NCBI GenBank assembly: GCA_033549025.1 | Contig: JAWSUS010000001.1 | Span: forward strand, 171,685-235,684 | Length of the DNA: 64,000 bases | Source: Desulfuromonadales bacterium | GTDB taxonomy: Bacteria; Desulfobacterota; Desulfuromonadia; Desulfuromonadales; SZUA-540 | Direction: 5' to 3' | Shown here: positions 10,492-21,654 of the stretch, piece by piece | Layout: every line of letters starts with the position of its first letter | Position numbering within the stretch: position 1 is the stretch's first letter | Notes under the pieces: model-generated | What the model saw: only the letters and a program-made list of their open reading frames with translations | Told to the model about the DNA's origin: nothing | Database searches by the model: none | Position numbers and translations under genes: made by a program

Positions 10492-11190
10492 TCAGGAAAA
10501 AAGCCAAAACAGCAGCCAGGTTACACCAGCCCCCAACAGGGCACCGGCCACCACCTCGCGCAGCGTGTGAATTTTAAGGAGAAGACGGCTCTGGCTGACC
10601 ATGATCGCCAACCCCAAGGTCAGCAGGGCAATCACCGGACCGACCTGGGCCAGCACGATGGAGGTGGCAATGGAAAAGGAGATCGCGGCATGCCCGCTGG
10701 GCATGCCGCCGTGCAGGGGCGTTCCTTTGCCCAGAACAGCCTTGAGCAGAACCACCAGAATGGTGACCACCAGCACGGACACCACGGCCAGCTCTCCCGG
10801 AGGGTGTCCGAGCAGGCTCAGCCCCTGCCCCAGTATCGGGAAGAAGTAATGGGACAAGGCCAGATACCCCATGACCACCGCCCCGATACTGGCAATGAGC
10901 ACGGCGCCGGCGGCGACGTCCTTGACCCGGCCGGCCAGGGGATGATATTCGGGCGAGACGAGATCGACGAAAACTTCCAGGGCCGTATTGATCATTTCGG
11001 CGAAGAGCACCAGGGTGACGGCAAAGGCGAGCAGAATGAACTCAAGGGCCGTCACTTGAAAAAACAGGGCCAAAAAGAGCAGTACTAGCGCCGCGACAAA
11101 GTGATAGCGCATGTGCCGCTGGGAGCGGGCCGCCCAGATAATCCCTTCGATTGCGCAGTTGACGCTCTGAATCCACCCGGAAGGTTTCAT
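10492..11190 (-). CDS. dgkA: Diacylglycerol/undecaprenol kinase (DgkA family) fused to a PAP2-like phosphatase domain
   Basis: AEMINTALEVFVDL...KDVAAGAVL (DgkA) followed by GGMPSGHAA...SQSR...HTLREV (PAP2). Confidence 0.88.
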   Translation of the reverse strand: MKPSGWIQSVNCAIEGIIWAARSQRHMRYHFVAALVLLFLALFFQVTALEFILLAFAVTLVLFAEMINTALEVFVDLVSPEYHPLAGRVKDVAAGAVLIASIGAVVMGYLALSHYFFPILGQGLSLLGHPPGELAVVSVLVVTILVVLLKAVLGKGTPLHGGMPSGHAAISFSIATSIVLAQVGPVIALLTLGLAIMVSQSRLLLKIHTLREVVAGALLGAGVTWLLFWLFS

Positions 11191-11215
11191 CCCCTCTTTC
11201 AAACTGGCCCCCGCC

Positions 11216-11671
11216 TCACGCCGCCAGGAACTCTTCCCGGATGACGTCGAATATTTCCCGTTCTTTTGCTTCCATAAGTCTGGCCTGTTCCTCGGTGCCA
11301 CGCTCGTGATCGTAGCCGAGCAGATGCAGAATCCCATGGATCAGGAGGAAATACAACTCGCTCTCAAAACTCACGCCGGCCTCGGCGGCATCGCGGGCGG
11401 CCGTGTCGGCAGAGATGAGGACGTCGCCGAGCAACAGGGGATTCAGCCCGGCGCCCTCCCCCTCCTGCATGGCAAAAGAGATCACGTTGGTGGGGCGGTC
11501 CTTGTGCAGGTAATCGCGGTTGACCTCGCGGATCTCTTCATCCGAGAGAATGACGACGGAGAGTTCGGCGTCAGGACATCCCGAGACGCTTAAGATCTTC
11601 CGAGCCACCTTTCGCAGGTCCAGCTTCCTTATCTTTTGCCTCTTTTGGCGGTTCTCGATCTGAATCTTCAA
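11216..11671 (-). CDS. ybeY: rRNA maturation endoribonuclease YbeY
   Basis: NRDYLHKDRPTNVISF, LGDVLIS, HGILHLLGYDH zinc motif. Confidence 0.96.
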   Translation of the reverse strand: MKIQIENRQKRQKIRKLDLRKVARKILSVSGCPDAELSVVILSDEEIREVNRDYLHKDRPTNVISFAMQEGEGAGLNPLLLGDVLISADTAARDAAEAGVSFESELYFLLIHGILHLLGYDHERGTEEQARLMEAKEREIFDVIREEFLAA

Positions 11672-13946
11672 CGTTCTTCCTTTTGCTCGGATCTTTATCC
11701 CTCTCCTTAAACGCAGGCTCGGGATAGTCGATGCGATGGTGAAAAATGCCAGACAGTATGCGGTTGAAGCTCTTGGCGATGTTGTGGAGGTCTTTAAGGG
11801 TCAGCTCGCATTCGTCCAGCTGGCCGTCGATAAAAATGTTGTTGATAATCTTCTGCACCATCCCCTGAATGCGGGCCGGCGTCGGATCGGTCAGAGTGCG
11901 GCTGGCCGCCTCCACCGCGTCCGCCAGCATGATCAGGGCCGCTTCCCTCGTCTGCGGTTTGGGCCCGGGATAGCGGTATTCGCGCTCGTCCACCTGCTGC
12001 ACACCGGGGTCTTCCTTGCTCTTGGCCTTGTCATAGAAAAACTTGATAAGGGCGGTGCCGTGATGCTGGCGGATGATATCTACCAACGGATCACCCAATT
12101 TGATTTCGCGGGCCAGCTCGACACCGTCCTTGACATGGGCCATAAGGATCAGGGCACTCATGGAAGGAGCCAGCTTGTCATGCTTGTTCTCCAGGTTGCC
12201 GATATTTTCCACGAAGTAGAGCGGTTTGCGGATCTTGCCGATGTCATGGTAATAGGCGGCCACTCGGGCCAGCAGGGGATTGGCGTTGATGGCCTCGGCG
12301 GCAGCCTCCACCAGGTTGCCGACAATAATAGAGTGGTGGTAGGTTCCCGGCGCCTGAATCATCAGCTCCCGAAGGACCGGCGTATTCATGTTAGCCAGTT
12401 CCAGCAGCTTGATATCGGTCGTATATTTAAAAAGGTGCTCCACCAGCGGCACGGTGCCCGTCACGATCACCGCGCAGAAAAAGCCGCCGGCCAGGCCGAA
12501 ACCGAGTTTGTAGAGAAGCTGGATATCCATGGCCCGGCCCGCCATAAAATGCAGGGCCAGAATCATCAGGACATTGGCGATGGAGACCCACATACCGGCC
12601 CGATAGAGGGTCGTACGCTGCTTGCACTGGCGCACCCAGTGAGCGCCGGTAAGGCTGCCGACCAGGGTGTACAGGGTAATAAAGAGGCTGTTACCGAAGA
12701 GCAGGCCCATCAACACGGAAAAGACCAGCGTGAAAATCAAGGCGATTTCCGAGTTGAGAACGATGCGGACCAGAATGGCGCCGACGGCAAAAGGAAAGAC
12801 ATAGTAGTAGGTTGGCGACTCGATGTACGGAAAGGCCGTTTCGAGAGCGGTGGAAATAAAGATGGCGATCTTGATCAGGAGAAAAAGGCCCAGAAAAGCC
12901 GCCGTGAGAAAGAGAAAATCCCGTGTTCTGGGGCGGTATTTACGGATGTTGACCTGGGCGAAGCTGTGGGCGGCCACGATGAGCAGGGCGATCCCCCCCA
13001 ACATGCCGAGTCCCATGCGAAAAACGTTCAGATCTCCCCCAAGTTCACGCAGTGCTCGAAGTTTCTTGATCTGGTCGCTGGTAACCTTCTCTCCCTCGCG
13101 CACAATCATCTCGCCCTTTTTCATCTGAAAAAGAACGGGTTTGACCTCCTCGGCGGCCTTGCGTTTTATCGCCTCGGTCTCACTCTTGTTGAAGGTGAGG
13201 TTGGGACGCAGCAGTTTCTGAATAACGGCGAAAACCAGGGTTCGGTCTTCTTCCGACACACCCTCAAGGGTTTTGAGCTTGGAGCGCGCGAAATCCTGAG
13301 CCTCTCCCAACCCGATCACCTGATCGAGATTTTTCCCGGGCGCTTCCTTCTGAGTCTCCAGGTCGCGAATGACAATCCCCTTCTCCCGGTCCGCTTCAAA
13401 GAGCTGCAGATTACCGACGACCTGACGGTTCAGGGTCTGAATAAGGATGTTGCGCAGGGGAACCTGGTACACCTCCAAGGGAGAAAGGCGCCCCAGGGCG
13501 CGCACTTCATCGGCGGTCAGACTAACACCGACCAGCCCTTCGACCTCCTTGAGCAGGCTCTCGAATTCGCCCTCTTTGCCTTTGGCGCCCTGAATGGCCT
13601 TCAAGGCCTGCAAAAGGCGATCAAAAATCTCCTGGCCGGCCTTTGGGTCAAAGTCGTACAGAGCCAGGGTGGCATCATGGGCTTCCTGGCGCTTTTTCTC
13701 GGTCAACTCCAGGTCGGGGATCAGCATGTCCCGGGGCGCTTTGATATCCCGCGAAGCGATATCTCCCGGCGCATAGTAATCGGGGACGAATCCTCCCTTG
13801 GGAATAATGACCACGGTTAGCAATACGGCCAGCGTAAAGAGAAGCAGCAGACGAACATAGCGCTCCTCCAAGGAAAACCGGAATCCTGTAGTCAGCCCCT
13901 TCGCCTTTCGGGGGGTCGACTCGTTTTTACGTTCGTTTTTAGTCAT
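11571..13946 (-). CDS. 7TM-HD (HDIG) membrane phosphohydrolase, PgpH-like
   Basis: N-terminal TM, large extracytoplasmic domain, TM bundle, APGTYHHS, YYHDIGK, QHHGT, YPGPKPQTREAA, MLADAVEAA. Confidence 0.9.
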   Translation of the reverse strand: MTKNERKNESTPRKAKGLTTGFRFSLEERYVRLLLLFTLAVLLTVVIIPKGGFVPDYYAPGDIASRDIKAPRDMLIPDLELTEKKRQEAHDATLALYDFDPKAGQEIFDRLLQALKAIQGAKGKEGEFESLLKEVEGLVGVSLTADEVRALGRLSPLEVYQVPLRNILIQTLNRQVVGNLQLFEADREKGIVIRDLETQKEAPGKNLDQVIGLGEAQDFARSKLKTLEGVSEEDRTLVFAVIQKLLRPNLTFNKSETEAIKRKAAEEVKPVLFQMKKGEMIVREGEKVTSDQIKKLRALRELGGDLNVFRMGLGMLGGIALLIVAAHSFAQVNIRKYRPRTRDFLFLTAAFLGLFLLIKIAIFISTALETAFPYIESPTYYYVFPFAVGAILVRIVLNSEIALIFTLVFSVLMGLLFGNSLFITLYTLVGSLTGAHWVRQCKQRTTLYRAGMWVSIANVLMILALHFMAGRAMDIQLLYKLGFGLAGGFFCAVIVTGTVPLVEHLFKYTTDIKLLELANMNTPVLRELMIQAPGTYHHSIIVGNLVEAAAEAINANPLLARVAAYYHDIGKIRKPLYFVENIGNLENKHDKLAPSMSALILMAHVKDGVELAREIKLGDPLVDIIRQHHGTALIKFFYDKAKSKEDPGVQQVDEREYRYPGPKPQTREAALIMLADAVEAASRTLTDPTPARIQGMVQKIINNIFIDGQLDECELTLKDLHNIAKSFNRILSGIFHHRIDYPEPAFKERDKDPSKRKNVEDSDREPPKEAKDKEAGPAKGGSEDLKRLGMS

Positions 13947-13958
13947 AGAAAGATTGAA

Positions 13959-14939
13959 TCAGTCCTTTTCCGCGACACGTTGAGAAACGGCATCCCCGGT
14001 GGCCCGATCATAGGCCTGCACGATACTCTGCACGATGGGATGACGAACGACATCACGGTCTGAAAAATACTGCAGGAAGATACCGTCGATCCCCTGCAGA
14101 AAATCGGCAGCCTGCACCAGCCCCGAAAGACGCCCGGCGGGAAGATCGATCTGCGTTTTGTCGCCGGTGACCACCGCACGGCTGCCGAAACCCAGGCGGG
14201 TCAGAAACATTTTCATCTGTTCGGTGGTCGTGTTCTGGGCTTCATCCAGAATAACGAAGGCGTCATTGAGAGTTCTTCCCCGCATGAAAGCCAACGGCGC
14301 TACCTCGACAATCCCTTGCGCGATGAGCTCCTGCCCCTTGTCGATGCCCATCATATCGAAGAGGGCGTCGTAAAGGGGGCGCAGGTAGGGATTCACTTTT
14401 TCGGCCAGATCGCCCGGCAAAAACCCGAGCTTCTCACCGGCTTCCACGGCCGGGCGAACGAGCACGATGCGGCTGACTTCCTTCTTGAGCAGAAAGGAGA
14501 CCGCCATGGCCATGGCCAGATAGGTCTTTCCCGTGCCGGCCGGACCGATGCCGAAAACGATATCATTGGTCCGAATGGCGTCGATATACTGCTTCTGCGC
14601 CAGGCTCTTGGGGGAGATGATCTTTTTACGGGCGGAAACGAAAATGGTATCCAGGAAGATGGACTTCAAGGAAGCCTTGGAGTCACTGCTGAGGATACGG
14701 ACAGCGTAATCGATGTCCGTAGAGTACAGAGGATAGTCCTCCTGCAGCAGGGCATGCAGTTCCGCCATCAACCGGACAGCGAGGTCGACCTGAGACCCCT
14801 CCCCCTCGATGGTGAGCTCCAGCCCCCGGGAGCCGATACGGACCCCCAGAGAACGCTCTACCTGCTTCAGATTCTTATTCTGTTGACCGAACAAGAGGTT
14901 CGCCAAGCGCTGATCCTCAGCGACGAACCTCTTTCGCAT
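13959..14939 (-). CDS. phoH: PhoH-family ATPase
   Basis: GPAGTGKT, RPAVEAGEKLGFLPGDL, RGRTL, DEAQN, DVVRHP. Confidence 0.95.
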   Translation of the reverse strand: MRKRFVAEDQRLANLLFGQQNKNLKQVERSLGVRIGSRGLELTIEGEGSQVDLAVRLMAELHALLQEDYPLYSTDIDYAVRILSSDSKASLKSIFLDTIFVSARKKIISPKSLAQKQYIDAIRTNDIVFGIGPAGTGKTYLAMAMAVSFLLKKEVSRIVLVRPAVEAGEKLGFLPGDLAEKVNPYLRPLYDALFDMMGIDKGQELIAQGIVEVAPLAFMRGRTLNDAFVILDEAQNTTTEQMKMFLTRLGFGSRAVVTGDKTQIDLPAGRLSGLVQAADFLQGIDGIFLQYFSDRDVVRHPIVQSIVQAYDRATGDAVSQRVAEKD

Positions 14940-15136
14940 GTTGCTCTTATCCAAAAAATGTCCCTTTGCTGGCACATATATTCGAACGCGCAGAATATCA
15001 CCGGGTCAAAATAAAATCAAATCATTTCAGCAAACCCGACTGGTGCCGCGCTGGTGGAAAAAGGGGTTTCAAATTAACTCCATTGTGCTATATAAAGACC
15101 CTGTCGCCGGCACGCCGGCCCATCTCATTCTTTTGA

Positions 15137-16444
<1,308 letters not shown>

Positions 16445-16461
16445 TTGAAAGATCGTTAGAA

Positions 16462-16505
16462 AAACAGAAAGGGCCCGCGGCATGATGCGCGGGCCCTTTC
16501 TGTTT
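16462..16505. terminator. Bidirectional intrinsic terminator
   Basis: AAACAGAAAGGGCCCGCG / CGCGGGCCCTTTCTGTTT inverted repeat between convergent genes. Confidence 0.88.
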
Positions 16506-16528
16506 GGGTTCTGAACCACGCTCTATTT

Positions 16529-16909
16529 TCAGGGCACAAAGAGCCGGTAGGTGCTCCCTTCCTTTTCCCGCCGCAGCAGGCCGCCGCGAGCCATCTCCAG
16601 CAGAATCCCCTGCATGGTCTTGCGATCCTGCTCGGGAAAGTAGCCATAAAGCTCCGTCTGGAGCATCCCCTGGCGCCCGGCCAGGCACTGGAGGATTCGG
16701 GTTTCCATGGAGAGGCCCTCCTCGGTCTCGACATGGAGAGGCGCCGGTTCCGGTTCGGCCTGGACATCCGGTGGACGCTTCTCCTGGCCAGGTTCGGTGA
16801 CAGACCCCACCTCCTGGCGAATCTCCCGCTCGATTTCCTTGAGTTTTTTGACACCCAGATAGCCCGCCGCAGCCGCACCGGCCAGAAACACCATAAATCC
16901 CAACCCCAT
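16529..16909 (-). CDS. Hypothetical membrane-anchored protein, possible C-terminal winged helix
   Basis: N-terminal hydrophobic segment, low-complexity linker, compact C-terminal domain (GMLQTELY...LLRREKEGSTYRLF); GGAGG RBS upstream. Confidence 0.65.
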   Translation of the reverse strand: MGLGFMVFLAGAAAAGYLGVKKLKEIEREIRQEVGSVTEPGQEKRPPDVQAEPEPAPLHVETEEGLSMETRILQCLAGRQGMLQTELYGYFPEQDRKTMQGILLEMARGGLLRREKEGSTYRLFVP

Positions 16910-16953
16910 GAGCTCGCCTCCCTTCAGGATAAAGTCTCGTCTTTGCGTCGATT

Positions 16954-18843
16954 TCAGCCTGACGGATCATCCTGCTCGTCCGTTTCGGCCAATTTCAGGA
17001 TGTCATCCACCCGGACCCGCTCCAGCACCTCTTCCTCCAGCAGGGCCGCGGCCAGTCGCTCCAAGGCGGGTCTATGCCCTTCCATGATTTCTTCGGCGAC
17101 CCTTTCTCCCTCTTTGATGATCTTTTCGATCTCCTGATCGATCAGCCAGGCCATCTGTTCGCTGAAGGTCTTCTCGACCGCCAGCTTGCGCCCCAGAAAA
17201 GGGTGCTCTTCGCCCCGGCTGAAAGTAACCGGGCCGATCTTGTCGCTCATCCCCCACTGGCATACCATTTTTTCGGCCAGGTCCGTCACCTGTTTGAGAT
17301 CGCTCTGCGCCCCCGTCGACACCACACTGAAAACGGCCTTTTCCGCCGCCCGCCCGCCAAGGCTCACGGCGATGCGCGTCATCAGGTAATCCCGGGTATA
17401 GTGATAGCGGTCATCCTCGGGTAACTGCTGGGTGACACCCAGCGCATGCCCCCGCGGGATGATGGTGACCTTATGAATGGGATCGGCGCCGGGCAGCAGT
17501 TTGGCCACCAGCGTATGCCCGGCTTCATGATAGGCCGTAATTTTCTTCTCTTCTTCCGAGAGAAAAAGTTTGCGCTCGGCCCCCATGAGAATTTTGTCCT
17601 TGGCCGTTTCCAGGTGGGCCATACCGACCTGATCACGATCCTGCCGGGCCGCAATGAGAGCCGCTTCGTTGACCAGACTTTCCAGATCCGCTCCGCACAT
17701 CCCCGGTGTGCCGCGCGCGATGACCTGCAGGTCGACATCATCGGCCAGCGGCACCTTGCGGGTATGCACCTTCAGGATGGCTTCACGGGCCCGCCAGTCG
17801 GGGCGTTCCACCACAACTTGGCGATCAAAGCGGCCTGGCCGCAGCAGGGCGGGGTCAAGCACATCGGGCCGGTTGGTCGCCGACATGATGATGACTTCCT
17901 CGTGGGGCTCAAAACCGTCAAGCTCGGCCAGCAGCTGATTCAGGGTCTGTTCCCGTTCGTCATTGCCGCCCCCCAGGCCCGTACCCCGCGATCGGCCGAC
18001 GGCGTCGAGTTCATCGATAAAGATGATGCTGGGCGCGTTTTTCTTGGCGTTGGAGAACAGATCGCGCACCCGGCTGGCACCGACACCGACAAACATTTCG
18101 ATAAACTGTGAAGCCGAAATGGAGAAGAAGGGAACCCCGGCCTCACCGGCCACTGCCCTGGCCATAAGTGTCTTGCCCGTCCCCGGCGGGCCGACCAGCA
18201 GTATGCCGCGAGGCACCTTGCCGCCGAGTCGGGCGAATTTCTTGGGGGAGCGCAGAAACTCCACCACCTCCATAAGCTCCTGCTTGGCTTCGTCCAAACC
18301 GGCAACATCATCGAAGGTAACGCGCGAATGCTCCTGCGAATAGAGTTTGGCGCCCGACTTGGAGAAATTTCCCATCAAGCCACCGCCGACGCCGCCGCCC
18401 CGGTTGCGCAGCCCCTTGATTATAAACCACCAGAAGCCGATGATGAGCAGCCAGGGGATCAGGTACACAAGAACAGAAGACCAGGCCGAGGGTGTCTTGT
18501 CGGGGAGGATGTGGATCTCGACCTGACCCTTCTGCAGAAGCTCAAGCAGTTCGGGATCATCGAAAGGAGGCAGGGTGGCAGAAAATCGCGGGTAGAGGAC
18601 AGCTGAATCTGGGGCCGTTTTTTCCCCATTCAAAGCAATGGGCTCTCTGAAAACGCCCTCGATTGTCTTGTCCTGAAAGGTTATTTCCTGGATATTGCTC
18701 CGACGGGCTTCCTCCTTGAGGAGACTATAGCTGACGGCCGCAACCCGTTCCGGTTCAACCGGCGCCCGATAGATCAGATAGGCGTTGAAGACAAAGGCCA
18801 CCAGGGCCAGGATAAGAATCTGACGCCAGACAAGCTTGGGCAT
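16954..18843 (-). CDS. ftsH: ATP-dependent zinc metalloprotease FtsH
   Basis: Two TMs, [42 protein letters not shown]. Confidence 0.97.
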   Translation of the reverse strand: MPKLVWRQILILALVAFVFNAYLIYRAPVEPERVAAVSYSLLKEEARRSNIQEITFQDKTIEGVFREPIALNGEKTAPDSAVLYPRFSATLPPFDDPELLELLQKGQVEIHILPDKTPSAWSSVLVYLIPWLLIIGFWWFIIKGLRNRGGGVGGGLMGNFSKSGAKLYSQEHSRVTFDDVAGLDEAKQELMEVVEFLRSPKKFARLGGKVPRGILLVGPPGTGKTLMARAVAGEAGVPFFSISASQFIEMFVGVGASRVRDLFSNAKKNAPSIIFIDELDAVGRSRGTGLGGGNDEREQTLNQLLAELDGFEPHEEVIIMSATNRPDVLDPALLRPGRFDRQVVVERPDWRAREAILKVHTRKVPLADDVDLQVIARGTPGMCGADLESLVNEAALIAARQDRDQVGMAHLETAKDKILMGAERKLFLSEEEKKITAYHEAGHTLVAKLLPGADPIHKVTIIPRGHALGVTQQLPEDDRYHYTRDYLMTRIAVSLGGRAAEKAVFSVVSTGAQSDLKQVTDLAEKMVCQWGMSDKIGPVTFSRGEEHPFLGRKLAVEKTFSEQMAWLIDQEIEKIIKEGERVAEEIMEGHRPALERLAAALLEEEVLERVRVDDILKLAETDEQDDPSG

Positions 18844-18951
18844 GGTGTTCCCCGAGACTAAGCAAAAGGCAGCCAGTCAATGCGGCCTGACCTGGGCGGC
18901 AACCTTCACCCCAGGCCGACAAACAACTGGTTTCGCCTTGCAGCAGCCGTG

Positions 18952-19251
18952 TTATTCTTCTTCCGACTTGAACCAGTGTTCAAACCAAGTGCGATGGTCC
19001 TTCTCAGCCAGAATCTGCAAATCTTTGGGTCCCAGCCAGACACCGCCGCACTTTACGCATTTATCGAGCGGGACACCGCGAAATTCCATGGGAACAATTT
19101 CATGACCGCATTTGGGACAGCGATTTCGGCACAGTTCCCGAATGAGTTGTTCGCGATGCTCCTCACGCATCTTTTCAATCAATTCTTTTTCGTGTTTGTA
19201 GAAATAACTGTTCTCCAGGGCCTTTTTTCGCTCTTCCCACAGATCTGTCAT
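18952..19251 (-). CDS. Small zinc-ribbon (zf-TFIIB-like) protein
   Basis: Charged helical N-terminus, CPKC...CVKCGGVWL. Confidence 0.8.
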   Translation of the reverse strand: MTDLWEERKKALENSYFYKHEKELIEKMREEHREQLIRELCRNRCPKCGHEIVPMEFRGVPLDKCVKCGGVWLGPKDLQILAEKDHRTWFEHWFKSEEE

Positions 19252-19285
19252 AGCGCACCCCCCCAGAATCATTGGATTTTGTAAA

Positions 19286-19313
19286 AGTATAACCGAGGGG
19301 AGGTGCTTGGCAA
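19286..19313 (-). promoter_or_regulatory. Candidate sigma70 promoter for the zinc-ribbon gene/ftsH
   Basis: TTGCCA-16 nt-TATACT on the minus strand. Confidence 0.5.
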
Positions 19314-19332
19314 GGCACGCGGGACTGGAACA

Positions 19333-20274
19333 TCACTCCAGCAGACGATAATGGCCCTGCCCAAAGGAAGCACTCTTGCCGATGTTCATGAGGGCGCCAA
19401 GGCGCAGCACCCAGGCAAGGTGATTGAGAGGTGCGCCGGTCAAGGTGGTAGTGCCGACCACGCCGCCAAGATCAATAGCATGGTCCTGCCCTTCGAGCGT
19501 ACGCCAATCCTCCCAACACAGGGAAGAGTCAGACTCTTGCACCAGAGACGCCTGAGCGAGCAGCTCCCGAGGATCGTCCTCAAGTTCAACGCCGCAGTGG
19601 GAAAAAAGCATTGAGGTCACCCGACGCAGCACAAAAGGGAAAACACGGGCGAACTCCGGCCGAAACAGGGGCCGTCCACCGGAGAGCAGCCGGGCCGGCG
19701 TCAACAACTGCAGAGTGAGAGTTTGCGGCACCGCTCCAAGGCGGTCCAGCTCCCAGGCCGCCGAAGAAATAGCGGGGCACAGGGGTTCGATCGGCTGTCC
19801 CTCCCGCCAGATTTTTTTAAAATGGCCGGCCGGATCGGCCGTCTCCAAGGCAATCACGTCAAAGCTCCCCTCCCCCCGACTGATCCCCTGTCGCCCCAAC
19901 TCCTGCAGCGCCCGCAGAAAATCCCCCATGGCCGCAATCCCCTTGCCCCAGAAAACCACCGGCAGACGCAGGAGGTCACCCGCCTCATAAAGCGAGGCCT
20001 GAGTTTCTTCAGGCAACAGGGCAAAGGGGGGAGTGGGTTTCTGGTGCCGGCGACGCCCCTGAACATCGGGGCTGACGTTGGGCGAAAAGAGTTGACGAAA
20101 ACGTTCGGCCGAGCCCTCGACAGCCGCAAGGACGGAAGTCGCCTGCAGAAGTTCCCGGCGCAGTCGCAGCAGATGGGCGATAGCCAGATCGCAGGGATCC
20201 TGAAATTCCAGGACAAATATCGCCCTAGTGAATTCAGCCCTCTCCAATCCAGTGGGAATTTCCGGCAGAAACAT
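19333..20274 (-). CDS. cas6: Cas6-family RAMP protein (DUF2276/Cas6b-like), stand-alone
   Basis: C-terminal G-rich loop GALMNIGKSASFGQGHY, plus LLTPARL, LRRVTSM, WEDWR, LGGVVG and PTPPFAL segments typical of this Cas6 subfamily. Confidence 0.82.
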   Translation of the reverse strand: MFLPEIPTGLERAEFTRAIFVLEFQDPCDLAIAHLLRLRRELLQATSVLAAVEGSAERFRQLFSPNVSPDVQGRRRHQKPTPPFALLPEETQASLYEAGDLLRLPVVFWGKGIAAMGDFLRALQELGRQGISRGEGSFDVIALETADPAGHFKKIWREGQPIEPLCPAISSAAWELDRLGAVPQTLTLQLLTPARLLSGGRPLFRPEFARVFPFVLRRVTSMLFSHCGVELEDDPRELLAQASLVQESDSSLCWEDWRTLEGQDHAIDLGGVVGTTTLTGAPLNHLAWVLRLGALMNIGKSASFGQGHYRLLE

Positions 20275-20513
20275 GGTTCATCTCCTGTTAGTCGTCGAAC
20301 CCAGAATGGCCAATCATACCCGCAACCGCCGGGCATTCCAAGCGGGAAGCACGGGAAGGGGTCTGGTGGAAACACCGTAAAGCATTTGGTTGCGCCTCCA
20401 TCTTCCTTCTGCTAAAGTTGGCCCCAAAATGAACCGGAATAGGCTCCTTTTAAAAAACCGACGACCTGTTTCCCACACGACACCATACTTTTCCCAAGGA
20501 CAACACGCATACC

Positions 20514-21632
20514 ATGCTGCAATTTGAGCTTCTGGCCCAGGACAAGCAGACGGCGGCCCGACGCGGCCGCGTCACCACCCCGCACGGCGTCATCGAGACG
20601 CCCATCTTCATGCCCGTGGGGACCCACGCCGCCCTCAAGGCCATGACGCCGGCCCAGGTCGAAGAGACCGGCGCCCAGATCATCCTGTCCAACACCTACC
20701 ACCTGCACCTCAAACCCGGCGAAGGCCTAGTGGAAAAAGCGGGCGGGCTGCACACCTTCATGAACTGGCACAAGCCGATCCTCACCGACAGCGGCGGCTT
20801 TCAGGTCTTTTCCCTGCCCAAGAAAAAAATCACCGAGGATGGCGTCTTCTTTCGCCATGAATATTCCGGTGATGAGATATTCCTTGGACCGAAAGAGGCC
20901 ATGGCCATCGAGAATGCTCTCGGCGCCGACATTATTATGGCCTTCGATGAGTGCATCCCCTACCCGGCCACCCACGACTATGCCGCCCGATCCATCAAGA
21001 AGACCCTGCGCTGGGCCGAACAGTGCCTGCAGAGCCACGGGCGCGCCGACCAGGCTCTCTTCGGCATCGTACAGGGGAGCGTCTATGAGGATCTGCGCCG
21101 TGAGTGCGCCAAAGCCCTGACGGCCATGGACTTTCCAGGCTACGCCATTGGCGGCGTCAGTGTCGGAGAGGGGCTGGAACTGCTGAAAAAGGTCGTGGAC
21201 TATACGGCTCCTTTCCTGCCGGAGAACAAGCCGCGCTACCTCATGGGGGTCGGTCTGCCCGAGGATATTTTGGAGAGCATCGAGCGCGGCATGGACATGT
21301 TCGACTGCGTCATCCCCACCCGCTACGCTCGCAGCGCCACCCTCTTTACCAGCCGCGGCAAGATACGCCTGACCAACCGCCGCTACCGCCGCGACTTCTA
21401 TCCGGTGGACCGCGCCTGCGACTGCTACTGCTGCCGCAACTTCACCCGGGCCTATCTGCACCACCTGTATAACGCCAACGAAATTCTGTCAGCGATCCTG
21501 GCGGCCATCCACAATGTCCGCTTCTATCTGACTATGGTCGAAGGTGCCCGAAAAGCGATTGAGAAGGGGGAATACCTCGATTACAAACGTGAATTCCTCG
21601 GACAGTACGGATTTAACGAAGACGGGGAATAA
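20514..21632 (+). CDS. tgt: tRNA-guanine transglycosylase
   Basis: TPIFMPVGT, NTYHL, TDSGGFQVFSL, AFDEC, GIVQG, PRYLMGVG, DMFDCV, zinc motif CDCYCC...H. Confidence 0.94.
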   Translation: MLQFELLAQDKQTAARRGRVTTPHGVIETPIFMPVGTHAALKAMTPAQVEETGAQIILSNTYHLHLKPGEGLVEKAGGLHTFMNWHKPILTDSGGFQVFSLPKKKITEDGVFFRHEYSGDEIFLGPKEAMAIENALGADIIMAFDECIPYPATHDYAARSIKKTLRWAEQCLQSHGRADQALFGIVQGSVYEDLRRECAKALTAMDFPGYAIGGVSVGEGLELLKKVVDYTAPFLPENKPRYLMGVGLPEDILESIERGMDMFDCVIPTRYARSATLFTSRGKIRLTNRRYRRDFYPVDRACDCYCCRNFTRAYLHHLYNANEILSAILAAIHNVRFYLTMVEGARKAIEKGEYLDYKREFLGQYGFNEDGE

Positions 21633-21654
21633 CCGGAGCGGATAGACGGAAAGG

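Noticed and set aside
19252..20513. CRISPR array or single repeat near cas6
   Set aside because: No regularly spaced direct repeats were visible in either flanking intergenic region or elsewhere in the window.
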